DNA of 64,000 nucleotides from Phyllobates terribilis (lineage: Eukaryota). Of this stretch, positions 60,393 through 64,000 are shown piece by piece. The translations under genes and the position numbers were made by a program. The notes under the pieces were generated by a model. It saw only the letters and a program-made list of their open reading frames with translations. It had not been told where the DNA came from and made no database searches. The stretch covers positions 208,630,001 to 208,694,000 of the forward strand of contig NW_027362773.1 in assembly GCF_046119375.1 (NCBI RefSeq). The letters are read 5' to 3'. Numbering within the stretch: the first letter of the stretch is position 1; each line of letters opens with the position of its first letter.

Positions 60393-63300
60393 CACCTTCT
60401 ACGTAGAAATGTAGGATCTAGACTGTTAACCCATTGCTGTACTGTGACGTAATACTGCAGCGCTGTACTTGTAATGGTGCCGATGTGTGACTCCTAGTCC
60501 CATTTAATGCAAACCATCCAGAGTTCCCTACATCAAACCAACAAAGGGGCATCCTCCCTTTCTCTACCTCCCTTATGCCAGTGTCCCAGGACCACACTGT
60601 AACGGTGTGTGCCAACAGGAGGTATAACACACAGGGGACCATGCTGTATGTTCACACACTGCATAGATGCTCTTGATTTTCCTGCGCGGATTTGCATGTA
60701 CAGTAACAGCACCAGATTAGCAGACGAGATTTCAACAAATATCATTAACATGTTGCTGAAAATTTCTGAGCAAAAAAAAAAAAAAAAAAGAAAATTGATT
60801 GCATTGCAACGTGCGAAATGCACTAAGAATTGATCCCGACAGTGAATCTGCATCAAATTCTCAACAAAAATCTTCTATGCGAGAATGTGCCAAAGCGATT
60901 TTATACAATGCTAGTGTTAGATTCTCAGTTCAGCCCTTTCATTCCCACCATGGTGTAAATGGGATAATCAGCAAATAATGCAAAGTACACGTAAACCACT
61001 TACAGCCGGATGAAAAAATTCTCAACCTTCATTCCCACCATCTTCATTTTCACGGCCGCCGGCTTCTTTTTCTTCTTTTCTGAATCTTGCGGCTTTTCCT
61101 TTGTTGCATCTAGGACAAAATTGGATAATGTGTCAGAAACCTACATTATTACCAGAAATGATAAAACACATTCGATTTGATAGGATATTATGGAAAAAAA
61201 AAATGTACAGTACAGACCAAAAGTTTGGACACACCTTCTCATTTAAAGATTTTTCTGTATTTTCATGACTATGAAAATTGTACATTCACACTGAAGGCAT
61301 GAAAACTATGAATTAACACATGTGGAATTATATACTTAACAAAAAAGTGTGAAACAACTGAAAATATGTCTTATATTCTAGGTTCTTCAAAGGAGCCACC
61401 TTTTGCTTTGATGACTGCTTTGCACACTCTTGGCATTCTCTTGATGAGCTTCAAGAGGTAGTCACCGGAAATGGTTTTCCAACAATCTTGAAGGAGTTCC
61501 CAGAGATGCTTAGCACTTGTTGGCCCTTTTGCCTTCACTCTGCGGTCCAGCTCACCCCAAACCATCTCTATTGGGTTCAGGTCTGGTGACTGGAGGCCAG
61601 GTCATCTGGCGTAGCACCCCATCACTCTCCTTCTTGGTCAAATAGCCCTTACACAGCCTGGAGGTATGTTTGGGATCATTATCCTGTTGAAAAATAAATG
61701 ATGGTCCAACTAAACGCAAACCGGATGGAATAGCATGCCGCTGCAAGATGCTGTGGTAGCCATGCTGGTTCAGTATGCCTTCAATTTTGAATAAATCCCC
61801 AACAGTGTCACCAGCAAAACCCCCCTACACCATCACACCTCCTCCTCCATGCTTCATGGTGGGAACCAGACATGTAGGGTCCATCCGTTCACCTTTTCTG
61901 CGTCGCACAAAGACACGGTGGTTGGAACCAAAGATCTCAAATTTGGACTCATCAGACCAAAGCACAGATTTCCACTGGTCTAATGTCCATTCCTTGTGTT
62001 CTTTAGCCCAAACAAGTCTCTTCTGCTTGTTGCCTGTCCTTAGCAGAGGTTTCCTAGCAGCTATTTTACCATGAAGGCCTGCTGCACAAAGTCTCCTCTT
62101 AACAGTTGTTGAAGAGATGTGTCTGCTGCTAGAACTCTGTGTGGCATTGACCTGGTCTCTAATCTGAGCTGCTGTTAACCTGCGATTTCTGAGGCTGGTG
62201 ACTCGGATAAACTTATCCTCAGAAGCAGAGGTGACTCTTGGTCTTCCTTTCCTGGGGCGGTCCTCATGTGAGCCAGTTTCTTTGTAGCGCTTGATGGTTT
62301 TTGCAACTGCACTTGGGGACACATTCAACGTTTGCCCAATTTTTCGGACTGACTGACCTTCATTTCTTAAAGTAATGATGGCCACTCGTTTTTCTTTACT
62401 TAGCTGCTTTTTTTCTTGCCATAATACAAATTCTAACAGTCTATTCAGTAGGACTATCAGCTGTGTATCCACCAGACTTCTGCACAACACAACTGATGGT
62501 CCCAACCCCATTTATAAGGCAAGAAATCCCACTTATTAAACCTGACAGGGCACACCTGTGAAGTGAAAACCATTTCCGGTGACTACCTCTTGAAGCTCAT
62601 CAAGAGAATGCAAAGAGTGTGCAAAGCAGTCATCAAAGCAAAAGGTGGCTACTTTGAAGAACCTAGAATATAAGACATATTTTCAGTTGTTTCACACTTT
62701 TTTGTTAAGTATATAATTCCACATGTGTTAATTCATAGTTTTGATGCCTTCAGTGTGAATGTACAATTTTCATAGTCATGAAAATACAGAAAAATCTTTA
62801 AATGAGAAGGTGTGTCCAAACTTTTGGTCTGTACTGTATATCTCTACGTGTCTGACCATGGGAGCAGAAACAGCCATAGAAAGCGTTGTGGTCTGAAGGG
62901 TCTCGGCATCAGAACATAAAATATATACAAACTGGTCCTTCACAAACCCATATGAACCAACGCATTCAGCCCACCCACTGTAACTAGCATAAGACCCTAA
63001 TCTCATTGGCACGAAGAGAGTCACACCTTTGTCCAACTCGCTTGTCTGCGACTCTCTTCTTTTCCGCCGACGCAAAGAGCTGGTGCTTCCCTTGGGATCC
63101 GGCTCTTCAGATATCTGGATTTCTGTCTCACTTTCTTTTTCCTTCTGAGGTTTCTCTACGGATTCCAAATCCTTCCGATCCCATAATCCATAGCTCTGGG
63201 GAAAAAAAAAAGAATGAAATACGGATGGTAAACCTGTATGGATATAGTGAGGAGTAACATTTGTGGCATTTATCAAACACTTGTGACAACCTCCTTACCA

Positions 63301-64000
63301 TGAGCAGCGATCGATGGAAGAAAAGTGTCAGAAGTTGGATCAGATCATATTTGATGTAGGAGTCGCTCTTCTCCAGGCCGAGGATTCGAGGAGGGAAAAA
63401 TGGTTTCCCATCATAGCGAAAGAGAACGGTATCACTATTCCATGGGAAGAAACCAAACTGACCGAGGTATTTAATTACCACCATAACCTGCAGGATGAAG
63501 AACACGGCAAAGGTTATAGGTATTGGATGGGATATTCGCCAGTGATATGTTAACACCAAACTGATGGCCGACGTACCTCCGTATAAATTATAGCAGTCAT
63601 CCAAAATCGCTTGCTTGGCCGGTGTATGGCCAACATGGCCCACAAGAAGACCAGGATAGGGAGGAAGAGCGAGATGAGAGAGGCGCTCACCATGTTGTTT
63701 AGGACGATGATAAAGTAGCAGAGTAATTCAGAGTGAGCCGCCACCAAGTGATAGAGGGCAAACAAAAACCTTAAAAGTCGACTCTGTGACCTGAAGAAAC
63801 GCTGCGAGTCGGAGAGTTCAGGGAATGTGAGCGGCCTGTCGTATGGAGACATGCGATATTGAGAACATCAGATTAGAAGACCACCACTGCGGATGTCACA
63901 GGAATGGCTGCGTTATGTAGCGGTGCTTACCTGCAGAGCAGCAGTTCGCTGGCGGTGCGGGAGCGTTTTGTTGGCGGGATTTCTAGGGAGCCTTTATCTG
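48576..64000 (-). CDS. PIEZO1: Mechanosensitive channel PIEZO1, 3' part; exons (64000)-63931, 63835-63577, 63487-63299, 63195-63027, 61109-61004, 60144-59997, 59910-59696, 59619-59461, 59189-59042, 58202-58014, 50993-50901, 50807-50635, 50205-50083, 49988-49909, 49110-48915, 48825-48576
   Basis: RTASELL; [13 protein letters not shown]; QFGFFPWN; [14 protein letters not shown]; [24 protein letters not shown]; [15 protein letters not shown]; [20 protein letters not shown]; [18 protein letters not shown]...[13 protein letters not shown]. Synteny with CTU2. Confidence 0.98.
53013..53088. repeat. (CA)n microsatellite
   Basis: Uninterrupted CA run. Confidence 0.97.
54597..56359 (+). pseudogene. 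DIRS RT/RNase H region, disrupted
   Basis: [14 protein letters not shown]...LPFGL..APRVFTK...PYLDDL; one nonsense codon and several frameshifts. Confidence 0.9.
56468..57493 (+). pseudogene. DIRS tyrosine recombinase, disrupted
   Basis: [17 protein letters not shown]...[15 protein letters not shown]...[15 protein letters not shown]; catalytic HSTR is HSTW and there is a frameshift. Confidence 0.88.
60351..60390. repeat. (CA)n microsatellite
   Basis: Uninterrupted CA run. Confidence 0.95.
61208..62836 (-). mobile_element. Full-length Tc1/mariner transposon, transposase frameshifted
   Basis: TIRs CAGTACAGACCAAAAGTTTGGACAC with TA TSD; ATG at 62422 followed by a +1 slip in an A-run; WSDESKF...QQDNDPKH...; further frameshifts downstream. 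Confidence 0.95.

Overview
Vertebrate (very probably anuran amphibian) genomic DNA, syntenic with human 16q24.3: SNAI3 (-, partial) - RNF166 (-, 6 exons) - bidirectional promoter - CTU2 (+, 15 exons) - PIEZO1 (-, 3' part). There are two 143-N assembly gaps (10388-10530, 20336-20478). Introns and intergenic DNA are packed with mobile DNA: Tc1/mariner copies, a CR1 LINE nested in a Tc1, a V-SINE, hAT MITEs, a DIRS1 element, an ERV relic, Penelope-type hairpins and several minisatellites. The most unusual item is at 1-4286: a young LTR element with matching LTRs, a tRNA-Ser PBS and a PPT, but no pol and no recognisable gag. Its single ORF ends in a cold-shock domain that is split by a hAT MITE and reassembles in frame when the MITE is removed. 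Also notable: a canonical minimal type I hammerhead ribozyme in a retrozyme-like repeat between the CTU2 and PIEZO1 3' ends, degenerate hammerheads in two palindromes, a 19-copy array of CTCF-like motifs in CTU2 intron 1, and a SNAI3 that appears to have lost its first zinc finger. All calls were made by eye; no database searches were run.
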